Shown in pieces: positions 10,016 through 22,390 of a stretch of 61,066 nt of DNA. Below the pieces are notes generated by a model. It was not told where the DNA came from. It searched no databases and worked only from the letters and a program-made list of their open reading frames with translations. The stretch is from Coniocarpon cinnabarinum (lineage: Eukaryota): assembly GCA_051942205.1 (NCBI GenBank), contig JAVECO010000145.1, positions 1 through 61,066 on the forward strand. The letters run 5' to 3'. The position numbers and the translations under genes are program-made. Position 1 is the stretch's first letter. Every line of letters starts with the position of its first letter.

Positions 10016-11728
10016 TCAATGCGTATGCCCATTCTGCAGCCCATCTACACCTTCTGGGCCGGACGCATGCTTGTAGGATGATGCTACGTCGCCAACCAAC
10101 CCGCGGGTCACTCCTTGTGACGCCCAGCTTGGATGCGGCACATTTTCAGACACCTTCTCGTAGTCGCTGTTGATCACATGACCGTTCATGGCGCTGTGTC
10201 CGTTGACACCCTTGACACCCTTGACGTGAGGAGCCCCATTAGTCTCGGCAGGCTTGCTGTTCATAGTGTAGCCCGTGTCAGATGCGTCCACAAAAGATTC
10301 GATACCTTCACCGTTGCGTGGGTAAGTCTTCATGACCTCCTTGTGCTTTCGAAGAGCTGCAAACATTTCTTCCTGCGAAACGTCGTTTAGGAAGACGCAT
10401 TTGCCAAGAGGAGCGGGGATGGCAGCACGCAATTTGCCATCGCGGGTCTTCAAGATGGCTTTGGTACCCTTGTCAAGGATGTCTTCATCGAACTGGTAGT
10501 GGTCCATAGCAAGACCTGCGCGAGAGAATAGACCGAGGATTCGTTTGTAATCTGAGTCGCTGATGGTACCCCTCAAGTTCGCCAGGGTGGCCGAGTAAGC
10601 CATGTCAATGGAGATAGCATGGCCGTGGCGAAACGGTACATCTGGTACAAGCTCATGCAGAGGTGACCATCTAGATTGGATTAGTAAGTGTTGTAGAGCC
10701 CAGTAAAGATGGAACTCACGTATGACCGTAGGCAATGACACGGTCAAGCCCAATTTCGTGTAAATTGGGCGTTTCAAGCTTCAACATCTCGTAAATACCG
10801 TAGCGATTGATCTTGTCTGCCGCATCGCGAACCTCCTTCGAGGCACCGTCCTTGCGTCCGAAACCAGTGCGAATGATCTCTTCACAGTATTTTTCAAGCA
10901 ACTCAAAAGTTTCCAGATGAGCGCAAGTACTGATCTTGATCAGCTCAGCAAAGCCGTTACGAATCTGAGCTTCAGGAAGAGATCTCAAGAAAGTGAAGTC
11001 AAGGAATGTGTGAGCAGGCGCGTGATATGCACCAAGGCGGTTCTTATAGTTGCCATAGTTCACAGCAACCTTAATGGACACCTAAGAAGTGTTAATGGCG
11101 AGATGATTCTGCAAGCCCAGCATGATGCTTACCGAAGCATCGATCAGACCAATGACGGTCGTCGGAATGCGAATGTAATTGGTGTTGCGACGATAAGCAG
11201 CACAGGCAAAGCTAGATTGTGTATTAGATGAGGATCTTGTCTCTCGAGGCTTACGCCGTAGAATGCTTGAGAACTTTATACAAGCCACAAGTCGAAACTT
11301 ACCCAGCGACATCGGTGACGAGACCCCCGCCAACGACGAGGACAGGCTCCTGCTTGGGATCAGCAGGCAAATGATGTTGCGTTGGCCGGGCGAGCGACCT
11401 TGCGAAAGATGCCGAACTCGTTCATGGAATCGACAAGGCTTGTGAAAGTCTCAAGGGACTTGGCTTTTTCACCAATGCGGGTCTTGTGAATTTTCAAGTC
11501 GATCTTGTAGTGATCGAAATACTGTTGCATCTTCTCTCCGTAGACGTCGAAGATGTTTTGATCCATGACTGCGAGGCATCTCTGCCAGCGCTCATAGACC
11601 TTGGCCAGCTGTGAATTGTGTGTGTCAAAGATGTTGTCTACGAAATGAAAATCATATTCGATCCTTTCATATCCCTGCACGTGGAAGCCGCTGTTGGTTT
11701 CGGCAACGGAAGCCTGAAGGTCAGACAT
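10016..11728 (-). CDS. mysA: Demethyl-4-deoxygadusol synthase (sedoheptulose-7-phosphate cyclase, MysA-like; 4 introns)
   Basis: Spliced exons give [64 protein letters not shown] (DDGS-type signature), [16 protein letters not shown] and TRDGKLR. Confidence 0.93.
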
Positions 11729-13244
11729 GATTTCTTGCTGGCTGTTCTTTCACAAATGCTCAGGTGACTTATTGAGATGAGCTGCTCAGAAAATACTGAC
11801 ACGGTACGAAAATGGAAGACTTGAACACCTGTTTATGTATGCCATTGCAAATGTACAGCTCCCGCATAGCTTCCGAGGATCTTCACTTGGCGAACCTCGA
11901 AAGCTTCCGTTGCCTACGTCAAAGAAGGCCTCAAGCTGACTGTTCAGGAAAGAGTCCAAGCAACGCTTATGCCAGGGTGGTGGAGCAATGAGAGAAGACA
12001 TGGCTTAGGACGGCGAACTTGATTGAGTCTGAGCAAGAGGTGCGAGTGGGTCAAGGCAAGGAACACGAGAGGACAACCGCGGCGGTGATTCGTGCACGCT
12101 GGAGCAAGCTTCAACGGGCTGGTATAGACGGTGGCTCGAAGGCGAGATGGATTCGACAACCAGAAGAGAGAACGTCGAGAGAGGATGCTGGTGACGGACG
12201 CGTTGTCTGTGGTCTGTATGGAAGTCCGTGCAGCAGACTAGGCTCGAAGGAGCTAGTCGATGAGCGCATCACATCTCACCAAAAAGACATTTTTGCAAGC
12301 CACAAAGTCGTGATTGCATACGGTCCGTCCATCCCCGCACACGCCATGGCCGACGACGGCCCTTGAGACTCAGATTCTAGTGCGTTTCGCTTGTGGAGCA
12401 TGCACAGCTCTCGATGGCCCGTTGACACTGGTCCAGATCTGAACGGGCCTGCATGGCGTGAGTGCACCTGCGTCGTTTCGTCGACGGCGTGCGTGCCCTC
12501 GAAGCTGTCGTAGTCGTTGATGTCACTCGCGTCATGCGGTGGAAGGTTCATCGAGGGACCATGGCGTCTTGCGCCGTCGGCATATCGCAAAAATCCTTCT
12601 TCGTCGGCAAATGTCAGCGGTCTTGGGCACAAGCGAAGCGGCACGCGGCAAGGCAAGACCCCAAGGTGTTGGCGCAGGAGCACGCAGTGCAGGGCGTGTG
12701 CCGTTGCTTGAGATGGACGAGTGGATAATGCTCCGAAACTTGCACAGGAAGGCTGCACGTGGAAGTCTGGTCGATCTGAGACATTGCCTGGCGTACTTTT
12801 CCGTACACGCCAGCCCAACATGACATTTGACCCTTCTATACTGTAGACGCCTCGCTTACAACAACCCGCGTGGCTGACGAGCTCTCCTCGTCAAATGTCG
12901 AGCTTCTGCTACACTCGTACAGTGGGACAGCGGCCAGTGGCGACGTCCAACGTGCGCTCTCTATGACATCAGATCAGACCTCCCATAAGTGGAGCTTCCC
13001 CTTCCAGTCTCCAAGCGCATCGCGCACATTGTGTTGAGCTGCAGAGTACTTCCCTGTTCGTATAGTCATGTCATGCATTTTGACCCACGATCAAGATCGC
13101 AACAAGCCTTCCCTGCCTGATCTAAGCAAATATTCGGGTCGAATGTGATCGTCACCCTCCACTTTGGGCCTGCAAGATCGATATCTTGTGGAGAAGTTCG
13201 AAAGCTTAGCTGGGCTGCTACCCCAGGTTTGAGCTTCAGACAGA

Positions 13245-14690
13245 ATGCTCAACAGCGAGTCGCCACAGTGGCAGCACGTGTTGCAGAACGTGGCACTTAT
13301 TGCGTTGAGTGTGGCGTTCCTGCCATTGAACACTGTCCTTTTAGCGCTGTGCTGGCTGAGATATGGGAAGGACGCTCGAATAGGCACAGACGGGCCTCCG
13401 GGACATGTTCACAAGACCGTGCTCGTCACCGGCGTGGGAATGACAAAAGGACTAGTACTTGCAAGATTGTTTGCTTCATCTGGAGATCGAGTCATCGGCG
13501 CCGATTTCTCGCCATTGGCATGCGGACGATTTTCCAGGTCGTTGTATCGTTTCCATGAGTTACAGAAGCCCAGCTCCAGTCAAGAGTACGTGCAGTCTAT
13601 TCTTGCAGTAGTCAAGCAAGAGAAGATAGACATGTGGGTGAGCTGCTCGGGGGTTGCATCTGCTCTTGAAGACGGATTAGCAAAGGAAGCGATTGAATCC
13701 CTGACGACCTGCAAGGCCGTGCAGTACGACGTTGAGACGACCAAGGTACTGCACGAGAAAAGCTCCTTCATCGACCATGTGGCAAAGCTTGGTCTAACAG
13801 TTCCAGAGACACACACTGTCACAGACCGAGCGCAGATTGAGGATGTTCTCTTCCAAAAGCACAAACCAGAGAAAAGATACATATGCAAGTGTGTTGGCAT
13901 GGATGATGCGTCAAGAGGCGAGATGACCTTATTGCCGCTTTCGTCACGAGAAGAGACATTGACCTATCTTTCCCGACTAAACGTGCACAAGGACAACCCA
14001 TTCATTGTCCAGCAATTCATTTCCGGGCATGAGTATTGTACGCATGCTCTTGTGATTCAGAGCCAAGTCAAAGCTTTTGTAGCCTGCCCTTCTTCTGAGC
14101 TTCTGATGCATTATGAACCTTTACAGCCCGTGTCTCCCCTGAGCCAAGCTATGTTGCGATTCACTGAGGTCGTTGCTGGAGCCAGTGGTGTAGGGTTCAC
14201 GGGACATTTGTCATTTGACTTTATGATTGAAGGAGTCGATACGCAAAGCAGTGACGTACAGCCTGTGCTGTACCCTATTGAATGCAATCCCAGAGCTCAT
14301 ACGGCCGTCGCCTTATTCGACAAGACTCCGGGGATGGCTCAAGCCTATCACAGTTTGCTTGATGCTGACCAAGTCCCCAATACGGACGTTGTGTTTCCGA
14401 ACCATCCTGAACGGTTTTATTGGGTAGGGCACGACTTGGTTTGCTCGCTGTTCCTGCCACTCGTATCCTGGACGCAGGGTCGTGTTGATCCTGATGACTT
14501 GTTGAATCACTTCCGTGTCTTCATCAATCATTTGACAATGTGGAAGGATGGCACTTTCGAGTGGAACGACCCGCTCCCATGGTGGTGGCTGTATCATATT
14601 TATTGGCCAGCACAATTCCTCTTCTCTATCTTTCAGGGCCAAAAGTGGAGTCGGATCAATGTTAGCACGACAAAAATATTCACGTGCTAG
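13245..14690 (+). CDS. mysC: ATP-grasp ligase, MysC-like (mycosporine C-N bond formation)
   Basis: N-terminal hydrophobic segment with FLPLNT; KTVLVTGVGMTKGLVLARLF, QQFISGHEYCTH, FTGHLSFDF, PIECNPRAHTA, DPLPWWWLYHIYWP. Divergent from the DDGS gene. Confidence 0.9.
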   Translation: MLNSESPQWQHVLQNVALIALSVAFLPLNTVLLALCWLRYGKDARIGTDGPPGHVHKTVLVTGVGMTKGLVLARLFASSGDRVIGADFSPLACGRFSRSLYRFHELQKPSSSQEYVQSILAVVKQEKIDMWVSCSGVASALEDGLAKEAIESLTTCKAVQYDVETTKVLHEKSSFIDHVAKLGLTVPETHTVTDRAQIEDVLFQKHKPEKRYICKCVGMDDASRGEMTLLPLSSREETLTYLSRLNVHKDNPFIVQQFISGHEYCTHALVIQSQVKAFVACPSSELLMHYEPLQPVSPLSQAMLRFTEVVAGASGVGFTGHLSFDFMIEGVDTQSSDVQPVLYPIECNPRAHTAVALFDKTPGMAQAYHSLLDADQVPNTDVVFPNHPERFYWVGHDLVCSLFLPLVSWTQGRVDPDDLLNHFRVFINHLTMWKDGTFEWNDPLPWWWLYHIYWPAQFLFSIFQGQKWSRINVSTTKIFTC

Positions 14691-14774
14691 CTGCCATTGT
14701 CTGTACAGTGAAGGCAATCCTCTGGCCGAGAAAGCCTGACGAACATCTGGAAGAAGGATCATGGAATCAAACTA

Positions 14775-16776
14775 TCAATCGACATCAGTGGCCGTCATCT
14801 CGCTCCTCTCAAGCGCGTTGTTGCCCACAGAGAGGATTTCTGTATAGGACATCTTTTTGTATTTGTCTCCTGAATACTTCGCGAGCCGCAAGGCAGCTGT
14901 GATGGTGCTAATCGTGTCCGGGTCCACAGTAGGCTTTGGTGCGGAGGCGTATCGAGTCTGCGAGATTCGAATTTGGGCGATAGTCTCTGCTATCTTCAGA
15001 CGGTTCTCGCCTGAGTTGAGGACCTGCAAATCCACATACTCCTCACACATAAGTTGCCATTGGGTGCGCAGTAGCCGCGCAAAAACACGTGCCTGGTAAA
15101 TTCCAAGTCCGGTTCCGATGTAGTCAAGTCTTCCAATGACCCAGTGCAGTTGCTGAACTCGAGAAAGTCGGGAGGGTAGAACTTCCGCCATTGCTTCTTC
15201 CCTTTTCTCTGCACAAGTAGCTGCTTCCAAGCGCGCATCGCTTAGGTCGACCCTTTTCTGCATCAATGCTACAGCGAACTCCCCGACATAGAAAAGGGGA
15301 AATACGGCACCATATCCACTGTGATGCACAGAGTCAGCATACGTTTTGGAAATCACACCCGTCTACTGGAACTCAGAATCTTACCCGCAGGCAACACCAG
15401 GTGAGTCTCTGCCATATTCTAGACGCCAGGGAATTGCTGCGCATATGTCGTTCAGGAGCTCATCCCGAATCTCGGCCAGTCGAACATGCTCGTGCATAGC
15501 TTCGCCATTGCAAAAGTCTCTCCGAAGCCAGAAGTCTGTCATCATCGTGAGCAGACCGCGAACACATCGATACAGGAACCAGATCATTGAACACCTGAAA
15601 TTTGGGTAAATATCGTAGACACCCTTCCAGACCTCAGTCGTGTTGGCGTAAGAATCGTAGACATGCTCGGGTCTCCAATTTTGATCGTCATTAATGGCAT
15701 CCTCGTACCACAGCGCCAACCTAGAATCTAGATCTTGACATTTTTCTATCGCCTCGGTTGTATCTGTGATCTTTCTGCAGCGCACTGCGCTCCGCAGATC
15801 ACTATACTCAATAGCAAGCATGAAAATTCTATGAGCCAGATGCTCTCCATGCCGTTGCGAGTTGGCCCGCTCATAGGCGTACTGTGTTGCTTCGATGAAG
15901 TGACAAGGGACTGGCGTTTGTGCCCATATACATGACGTTATTACATGCATTCCCATGTGATTGAAAATTGGCAGACATTGAGGGTCCAGTAGCTCGTCTT
16001 TGTCCATATGCTGAATCAGAGCTAGGTTGCCTTTTACATGAGTTTGCCAAGATACCAAGCGGTCCTGTTTGTCGCAATCGATGTTCTGTATGTCCCATTA
16101 ACGTCGGCTAGTTGTATCAGCAAATATATCCAACCTACCTCAAAGATTGATAGGAAATGTATTGCAGCTAATACGAGTGCATGTTTCACTTTTCTAGTGC
16201 CATGGAGGGCCTCGTTTGCCAACAGCAGAGCGCTTGCGTAGCGGCGCCTTGCGCGTTGAATGTCGACAGGGGAGCCCAAACGGTGGGCAAAGCTTGCCAA
16301 CGCTGCGCATTGAATTGAAGCGCCGAGGGGTGTTGAGGAATCGGTTAGTTCGTCTCGATCTGTCTGAAAGCCTACGTACGTTGGCGCGATAAAGTTGTTG
16401 TAAAAATAGTTCATCGCGCATTCATCAACGCTTACAGAAGGATTAAATGTCGCTAGTGAAAGCCGTTGCTCCAATTCAAGAACTGATGAGCCATGGGATT
16501 TGTTGCGAAGTACGGCCTCTCTCTGACGATAGTCTTTACGCCGAGCAAATTCATGCGTGTGCTCATTTTCATCCACGAAATTCAAGCCGTCAAGACTGCG
16601 ATAACCCGGACACACCACTTTGTGCTTCGTGCCTGGATCACTGTAAGCGGACCAATAGAACGTTCATCTTGCTCTGATTACTTACATTGACTGCACTGCG
16701 GACGAAGAGTGTCACATCGGATTTTCCGTTTCCGACACAGGTCACATCCTGGACTGGGCTTGCCTCTGTACACCAT
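14775..16776 (-). CDS. Zn(II)2Cys6 transcription factor (spliced)
   Basis: Joining across the first intron gives MVYRGKPSPGCDLCRKRKIRCDTLRPQCSQCTKHKVVCPGYR (six Cys). Downstream exons resemble a fungal-specific TF domain (WQTHVKGNLALIQ, WFLYRCVR, ICAAIPWRL). Confidence 0.88.
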
Positions 16777-17949
16777 GTTTGCAGTGTAATGATAGTATCG
16801 AAGTGCTTGTCCTGGAGGATGTGTTGCAAATATGATCAAAAAAGCAAAGAGCTGCGAACCGCCAACATGTTTATGCGAATTGAATATGCTTCGGAGTTTC
16901 GGCGCAGCTACCCAAGTGTCGGAACGCCAGAAGAATCAAAGGCTTGTTGTCACTCAAGCCCAAGTGGATGACACGGTTTTTTTGCTAGTCAAGGTGACGC
17001 CGCGATTGCAGTCCTTGCTCGTCCACTGTACAGAGCACCAAAGGAAATGAAGGGACTTGAGTCGAGGTCCTATCTTTGTACGCTGGACACGGCGATCTCG
17101 GCCATGTACGAGATCGTCGCAATCATTCAATGTTTGAAATCAGCCGCCTTGCAGCCGCCGACAGCAGGTCCATGCTAGAAGCGTAGCCGTTTAGGTCAAA
17201 CCTAGCGTAGGCACCTTCGCCTAATCTACGCACGATACATGGGACAAGTCTACGAGTAAACTGGCCCTGAAAACGTGACAGATCGTTGCTAGCGCTGGGG
17301 CGATGGGGTGACAAATGCCACCATGCCGCTGGATTCAATGCAAGTGCCGCGTGCTATCCGTGAAAGGACTCCGCCTCAAGGTGGCTGAAGCAATAGACAT
17401 TCTAAGAAACGGATCTGGTAAAGCGGCTCGCAGAGCTGTCGCAATCAGGCTAGCACAGCTGAGGCGCAGCCCCTTTCTTTTTATCCACGGACGTGCTGGA
17501 GTCGCTTAGCATCGCACGTGCAGGAAAAGTTCATGTCTTAGTCGGAACGGCGCGTCAAATTTTGATGCGCAGTGATCCTTCAGCCGCACGCGGCGCTGAT
17601 GAAAGTAGGTGGGGGAACAGCAATTTTAGAAACATTCCTGAGTCGTGGCATCCTTACCTACATTAGAGGCGGCAGCGGTTTTCTTATTGCGGCTTGGGCC
17701 ATCCGTCACGTGCCGTCAACCACGTTCACCTCGAACAGTCACTTGAGTTCCTCCTCCACCTTAACAAGTAACGGCTGTCAAGTGAAGGCTGCAACTTGGA
17801 TCCAAATGTGTGGAATCTCGCCTGATCCGTTCACGTTGTTAGCCTTTTCCTATCAATTGATTATGTTCTGCCAATCAGAGAGACCTGCTTGTGGCCCCTA
17901 GTGCTGGGTCGGCTGGGGAATCGCCGGAGAGTCCTTCACCTTGCCTTGA

Positions 17950-18968
17950 ATGGCCGCACTACAGGTGGCGACCTGGAACGGCACGATACCTTTACACATA
18001 TCGCTGTCGCCCCTGGATTGCCGCAGCTACGATGCTTCCCTCCCCTTTTTGGTATGGTATGAATTACAGCCAGTTATGAGAAGCACCCGCTTCCCTAACA
18101 GTCTCGTCCTCAGATTCAAGCTCCTCGACTATCCTATTTGCCCTTCTTCCTGGACCGCCTGCGAGACTTCTTTGCGGGGTCTTTGATCATTCCGGACGTG
18201 TCCCCACGCCAAGGCTGGTTTTCATTTGAAGGCGTGCCTCTCAAGTGGCAGCACCCGATCGGCCTGCTGTACGACTTGTTGGCTGGCGCTGCTTCTGTTA
18301 AGGAGCAGACGGATTCAGAGCCTAGCGCCAAATCGGCTTCGTTATGGCATCTGACACTGCATTTTTCAGATTGGCCTGGCGAGACGCTCATCCCGCTAGA
18401 CTCCTCAGGCAGGCTGCATCAAGACGTCTTTATGCAAAGCGTGAAGGAGGCTGATTACCTCCGCAATGGGTCCGCCAAAACCGTCATGCTGCTCAGTAAA
18501 GAAGATTCAAACGCTTTGTGGCGGTCCGTCGAGGTTCACGACATCACACTGTACTCACCAATATATCAAAAATTCTTGCACCCCCAGGACCGTGAGATCA
18601 TGCGGCATGTACCGATGAAGGTATACATCCCTCAACCCTCACCCAAATTTGAGGATGGAGACAGCACAACGAACCAGTCCGGGGCCGGAGCGGGCCTAAG
18701 AGTCGTCCAAGGTCTGGTAACCCCGTTCAACAATGTGACCAGGACTGCCCAGACGTTGGGTTCCGCTTTGCATGTGCTACTCCCCAAGTTGTTCCCAAGC
18801 AGGACAATGTTCATCCATGCGCGACCAGTCCTTCATGGCGCCGCTGTCCCTCTCAACACCCAGCTCGAAGGTCTCATGCAAGGTGCTGCGTTCTGTGATG
18901 GATTTTTGCACGTGGCAGTGCACGTGACCGACTTCAGCCATGGTGCTCCTGGTCGAAGGCTCATGTGA
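17950..18968 (+). CDS. ATG5: Autophagy protein Atg5 (1 intron ~18052-18113)
   Basis: WNGTIPLHI, PRLSYLPF, WFSFEGVPLKWQHPIGLLYD, FMQSVKEADYLRNGSAK, QTLGSALHVLLP, DGFLHVAV. Confidence 0.93.
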
Positions 18969-20445
18969 ACCTTACACGAGGAGTTGTGACCTCTCGATAT
19001 ATGTCATCAAGAGTCTGGCGCTTCCTCTTCAGACCCTCGGATTCTTCGTCGACCTGCTGCTCCTGCTGCTCAAGCTCATCGAGCGCCGCGTCAACGCTTG
19101 TGCGCGGACGCCACGAGCGAAGGCTGCCATCTGCATGCGCTGAGAGCATTTCAATGTGATGCGTTCTCCAGCTCAGGTGCATTATTTTATCTGTCACATT
19201 GCGCTGCCCCCGCATGTGAGACTGACTCACTGACGGCGAAGGATGTGGAGCTTTCAATCGTTTCAGTAGGCGGCCTTCGTATAACTCAAACATTAAAGTC
19301 TCTCGTCCGTTCGGGAAGAACAAGACGTCTTCATTGGAGGGGGTCAGCTCCCGCGGTGCTACCAACAAAGACTTGTTCGCAAGATCGGTGTTGCGAACAA
19401 GGGGCCCAAAGTTTGCCAATGTGTTGGCCCCTATTGCCATGTCCCAAACGCGGATGCGCTCATCGTGCCCCACAGAGACCAAATGGCCGCCGTCACCCGT
19501 CCATGTGAGACCATTGACAGGCCCGATGTGAGCCTTGCCATCATGTCGATGGCGGTCCTGGTCGTGACCAGTCATACCAACACTATCCTCCATGTTTAGC
19601 ACACCAAGAGACCCGACGCTTCGGCGCACGTCCCAAACGTGAACACTGCCATCACTAGCGCCACTTGCCAGAATGTGTTCGTTTTTGGGAGACCAGGCTA
19701 CGCTGAGGATCGCCGCTCCGCCATGACCAGCCAGCGAGTGCGCTGTGGATCCCGATCTCAGATCTGCAAGGCGCACAGTTGGGTGCTGGGTGGCACAGGC
19801 AATCAACAAGTGAGTGGCAATCGGCGATATGGCATGTGCATAGACGACAGACTCCAGGCCGAAGGTGGCCGATAGCCCAAGAGTAGTGGAGTCGTACACC
19901 TTGACAGTATGATCATATGAAGAAGCGAGGAATGCCAGAGAATCAAACGGGTAAAAGCTCAGGCCAGTGATACCGTAACTATGTTTCTGGGTTGATCTTA
20001 AAGAACCAATGAGCGCTATTTTACAGGCCTTGCATGCTATGCCTACCTTTCCACAGCTCCAATCGGCCGATGCATAGTGACTTCTTGCAGGCCGTCGTCA
20101 CAGTAGCTCGTGGCGGCCTCGAGATCCCACATGGAGAGGGCCCCGTTCGCAGCGCCCGAGACCAAACTAGGCAACGTCACTTTTAGCACTCCGGGATGCG
20201 ATCGCGTCCAGGCTAGTAACATACTATCTCCCCTCGAACTTCTCTACGGTCACGGCGTTCGTGCCTGGTTGATGGGCAAGAGCACCTGACGATGTGTCAT
20301 CTCCCTGCCGCCCTTGTGATCGGCCATCGAAGGCGATATGAGGTGCCGGTTGCAAAGCATGGAGCAGGCGCGTAGTCTGCTTTTGAGCAAAGGCAAAGGG
20401 AGATTGGGAGCCTGTGCTTCTCTCGAGTAGCTCTGTAGCCCGCAT
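18961..20445 (-). CDS. WD40 DNA excision repair protein, ERCC8/CSA (Rad28/Ckn1)-like (spliced)
   Basis: WD repeats; HLLIACATQHPTVRLADLRSGSTAHSLAGH, WSPKNEHILASGASDG, WDVRRS, AHIGPVNGLTW, and exon sequence YPFDSLAFLASSYDHTVKVYD are typical of CSA orthologues. Confidence 0.85.
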
Positions 20446-21106
20446 CCAGGGTTTGCAAACATGCTTTGTTTGCGGTGGAAACAGAAAACGAGAACGAGCA
20501 CTCTATATGGAGCGTCATGTGACTACAGGTCTTGGCGGTCGTTGCCGGGCAGCTGCTGAGCCTCGTGGTCGGGCAGGGTGGCGAGGGTCCGAAGCAGACT
20601 CTTTTTTCGCCCTCGATCCCTTTGACAGCTTTCCGTTGACCCCTTCGTCTCGTCAACACTTCAGATTCTTCCCTTCCTCTCCGCATCAACGTCACCCTCT
20701 CCCACATTCGCTCTTTTCTTCGTCCCGCGTGCGTTTGACTTGTTTCGCGCATCGCTGTTACGTCTCTCACACGCACACAACACCCGTCACCATCTTTGCC
20801 ATCTCCCCGTCGCCTAATCATCAATCTGGCTACAACGCGAGGCTAGCCTACCCTTAATGAATTGGTCTGCAATCACTTCTATCTTTTGGCCGAGCAGCTC
20901 TTCTGCATCGGCAAGAGACAGAGCACGCGCTCTGCATCACCGAGACGCCGTCCGTCAGACTGTCTTTGGCTCCTTCGCCGCCTCCTTCACCTTGCTCGCC
21001 GCAATCCAAAAATCGCGTCGACGCCTGTCACGCGAAGACAAACGCTTTCTCATCGAGAATCTCAGCACTGCTTGATCTCTGAATCTCATGACAATATACA
21101 GCTAAG

Positions 21107-22390
21107 ATGTTGATACTCAAACAATCAAGCGCCTTGATTTGGTTCTCCTTCCTCCTCACCGCACCTCAAGTCTTCGGCCAGGCCGTTGGTAACAATCCTG
21201 CGCCGGCTAACAATCCTCCACCTGGGAACAATCCAGCACCCGCTCCCACCACTACAAACGCTCCCACGCAGCCGACTACTGCTGCTGCTGCTGCTACAAC
21301 GGCAAGCACTGGCACCACTGAGACAGATTCGCAGACTACTGGACCCACTACAACAAATGAGCCCACGACGTCTGACACCGCAAGTACAACGACATCGGCA
21401 TCCCGAACCACGCCGACCAGCCCGACCGCGTCCTTTGCAACGACCAATGATCCATCTACCTCCACCAACCCACCCTTGCCAACCCTTGCCGGTGTCCTCC
21501 CACCCCCGTTAATTGTTCCGGATACATCCAACGCCCCGTTCATGCAAAAGAGCGATCTTCCAGAAGGCACCGTCTTCATTTGCGTGGGTGCGGCTCTCGG
21601 ATTCTTGGGGCTCTGTGTATTGGCATGGCGCGGTCTTGTGGCATGGTCTCTTCATCGCAGCGTCAAACGCGCAGCAGAAACCGCTTATGCTCCCGACTCA
21701 AAATCCATGTTTGGTTGGGGTGCACCTGCACCCGGCAGTGCTGGCTACAAGAGCATGTACACAGACAGCAATATGTCCTTGGAGATGCTTTCCAATCCTA
21801 AGATGGCGTCGGTTGGGACTGGGGAAATCCACAATGGCAAGAGCAAAGAAGACTTCCGGCATGAGAAACGTTCGGGTGGTCAATCAAAGCGCAACACCAG
21901 AGTGCCCTCAAGCACTGATCTGTTTTATTCTCCTACCAATCTAGGTGGAAATACCAACGCTGCGTGCAACAGAGGCAGTGGATACATGCCTGCTGGCTTC
22001 TATGCACCGGGGAGCAGTCAGCCCAATTCTGGGAACCCGATTGCTCACTTTGCGCGCGGCTCAGATGGGCCGACGTATGGTCGGCTGGCCTCGCGTGATA
22101 CTGCAACTCCGTCACCGCCTGACTCACCATCTATGAGGGCTCATTCAAGGCCGCAAAGCACCCACCTGCGGCCAGGCTCAGCGGCGGGGGCTGCTACGAA
22201 CCAGCGGCATTCCACGCGTCTCAGTCGAGATGCGTTGGCGGAGCACGATGCCGCACAGGCGCGAAGGAGGAGCCGACGAGCGCCGAGCGGTGATGCGTCG
22301 CTCAATGCACCGCCTCAGGGCAGAGCGCCGAGCATGTATCTGGAGGATCTCTTTGAGAACCATGGGCATGGACCGAGTGAAAGATTTTAG
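21107..22390 (+). CDS. CSI2-like single-pass membrane protein with signal peptide and Thr-rich ectodomain
   Basis: Signal peptide, Thr/Pro-rich region, NAPFMQKSDLPEGTVFICVG followed by a TM helix, and a C-terminal RAPSMYLEDL motif. Confidence 0.75.
   Translation: MLILKQSSALIWFSFLLTAPQVFGQAVGNNPAPANNPPPGNNPAPAPTTTNAPTQPTTAAAAATTASTGTTETDSQTTGPTTTNEPTTSDTASTTTSASRTTPTSPTASFATTNDPSTSTNPPLPTLAGVLPPPLIVPDTSNAPFMQKSDLPEGTVFICVGAALGFLGLCVLAWRGLVAWSLHRSVKRAAETAYAPDSKSMFGWGAPAPGSAGYKSMYTDSNMSLEMLSNPKMASVGTGEIHNGKSKEDFRHEKRSGGQSKRNTRVPSSTDLFYSPTNLGGNTNAACNRGSGYMPAGFYAPGSSQPNSGNPIAHFARGSDGPTYGRLASRDTATPSPPDSPSMRAHSRPQSTHLRPGSAAGAATNQRHSTRLSRDALAEHDAAQARRRSRRAPSGDASLNAPPQGRAPSMYLEDLFENHGHGPSERF

Noticed and set aside
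11786..13090. Short ORFs in the DDGS/ATP-grasp spacer as a possible methyltransferase remnant
   Set aside because: No SAM-binding or catechol-OMT-like motif in any listed frame; treated as a divergent promoter.
1..20445. A 'UV/light-protection supercluster' of RIB4, mycosporine genes and CSA
   Set aside because: Unrelated housekeeping genes (SPP2, IDH1, ATG5) are interspersed; no sequence evidence of co-regulation.
20857..21075. 72-aa ORF just upstream of the CSI2-like gene as a regulatory uORF
   Set aside because: No recognisable homology and the transcription start is unknown.
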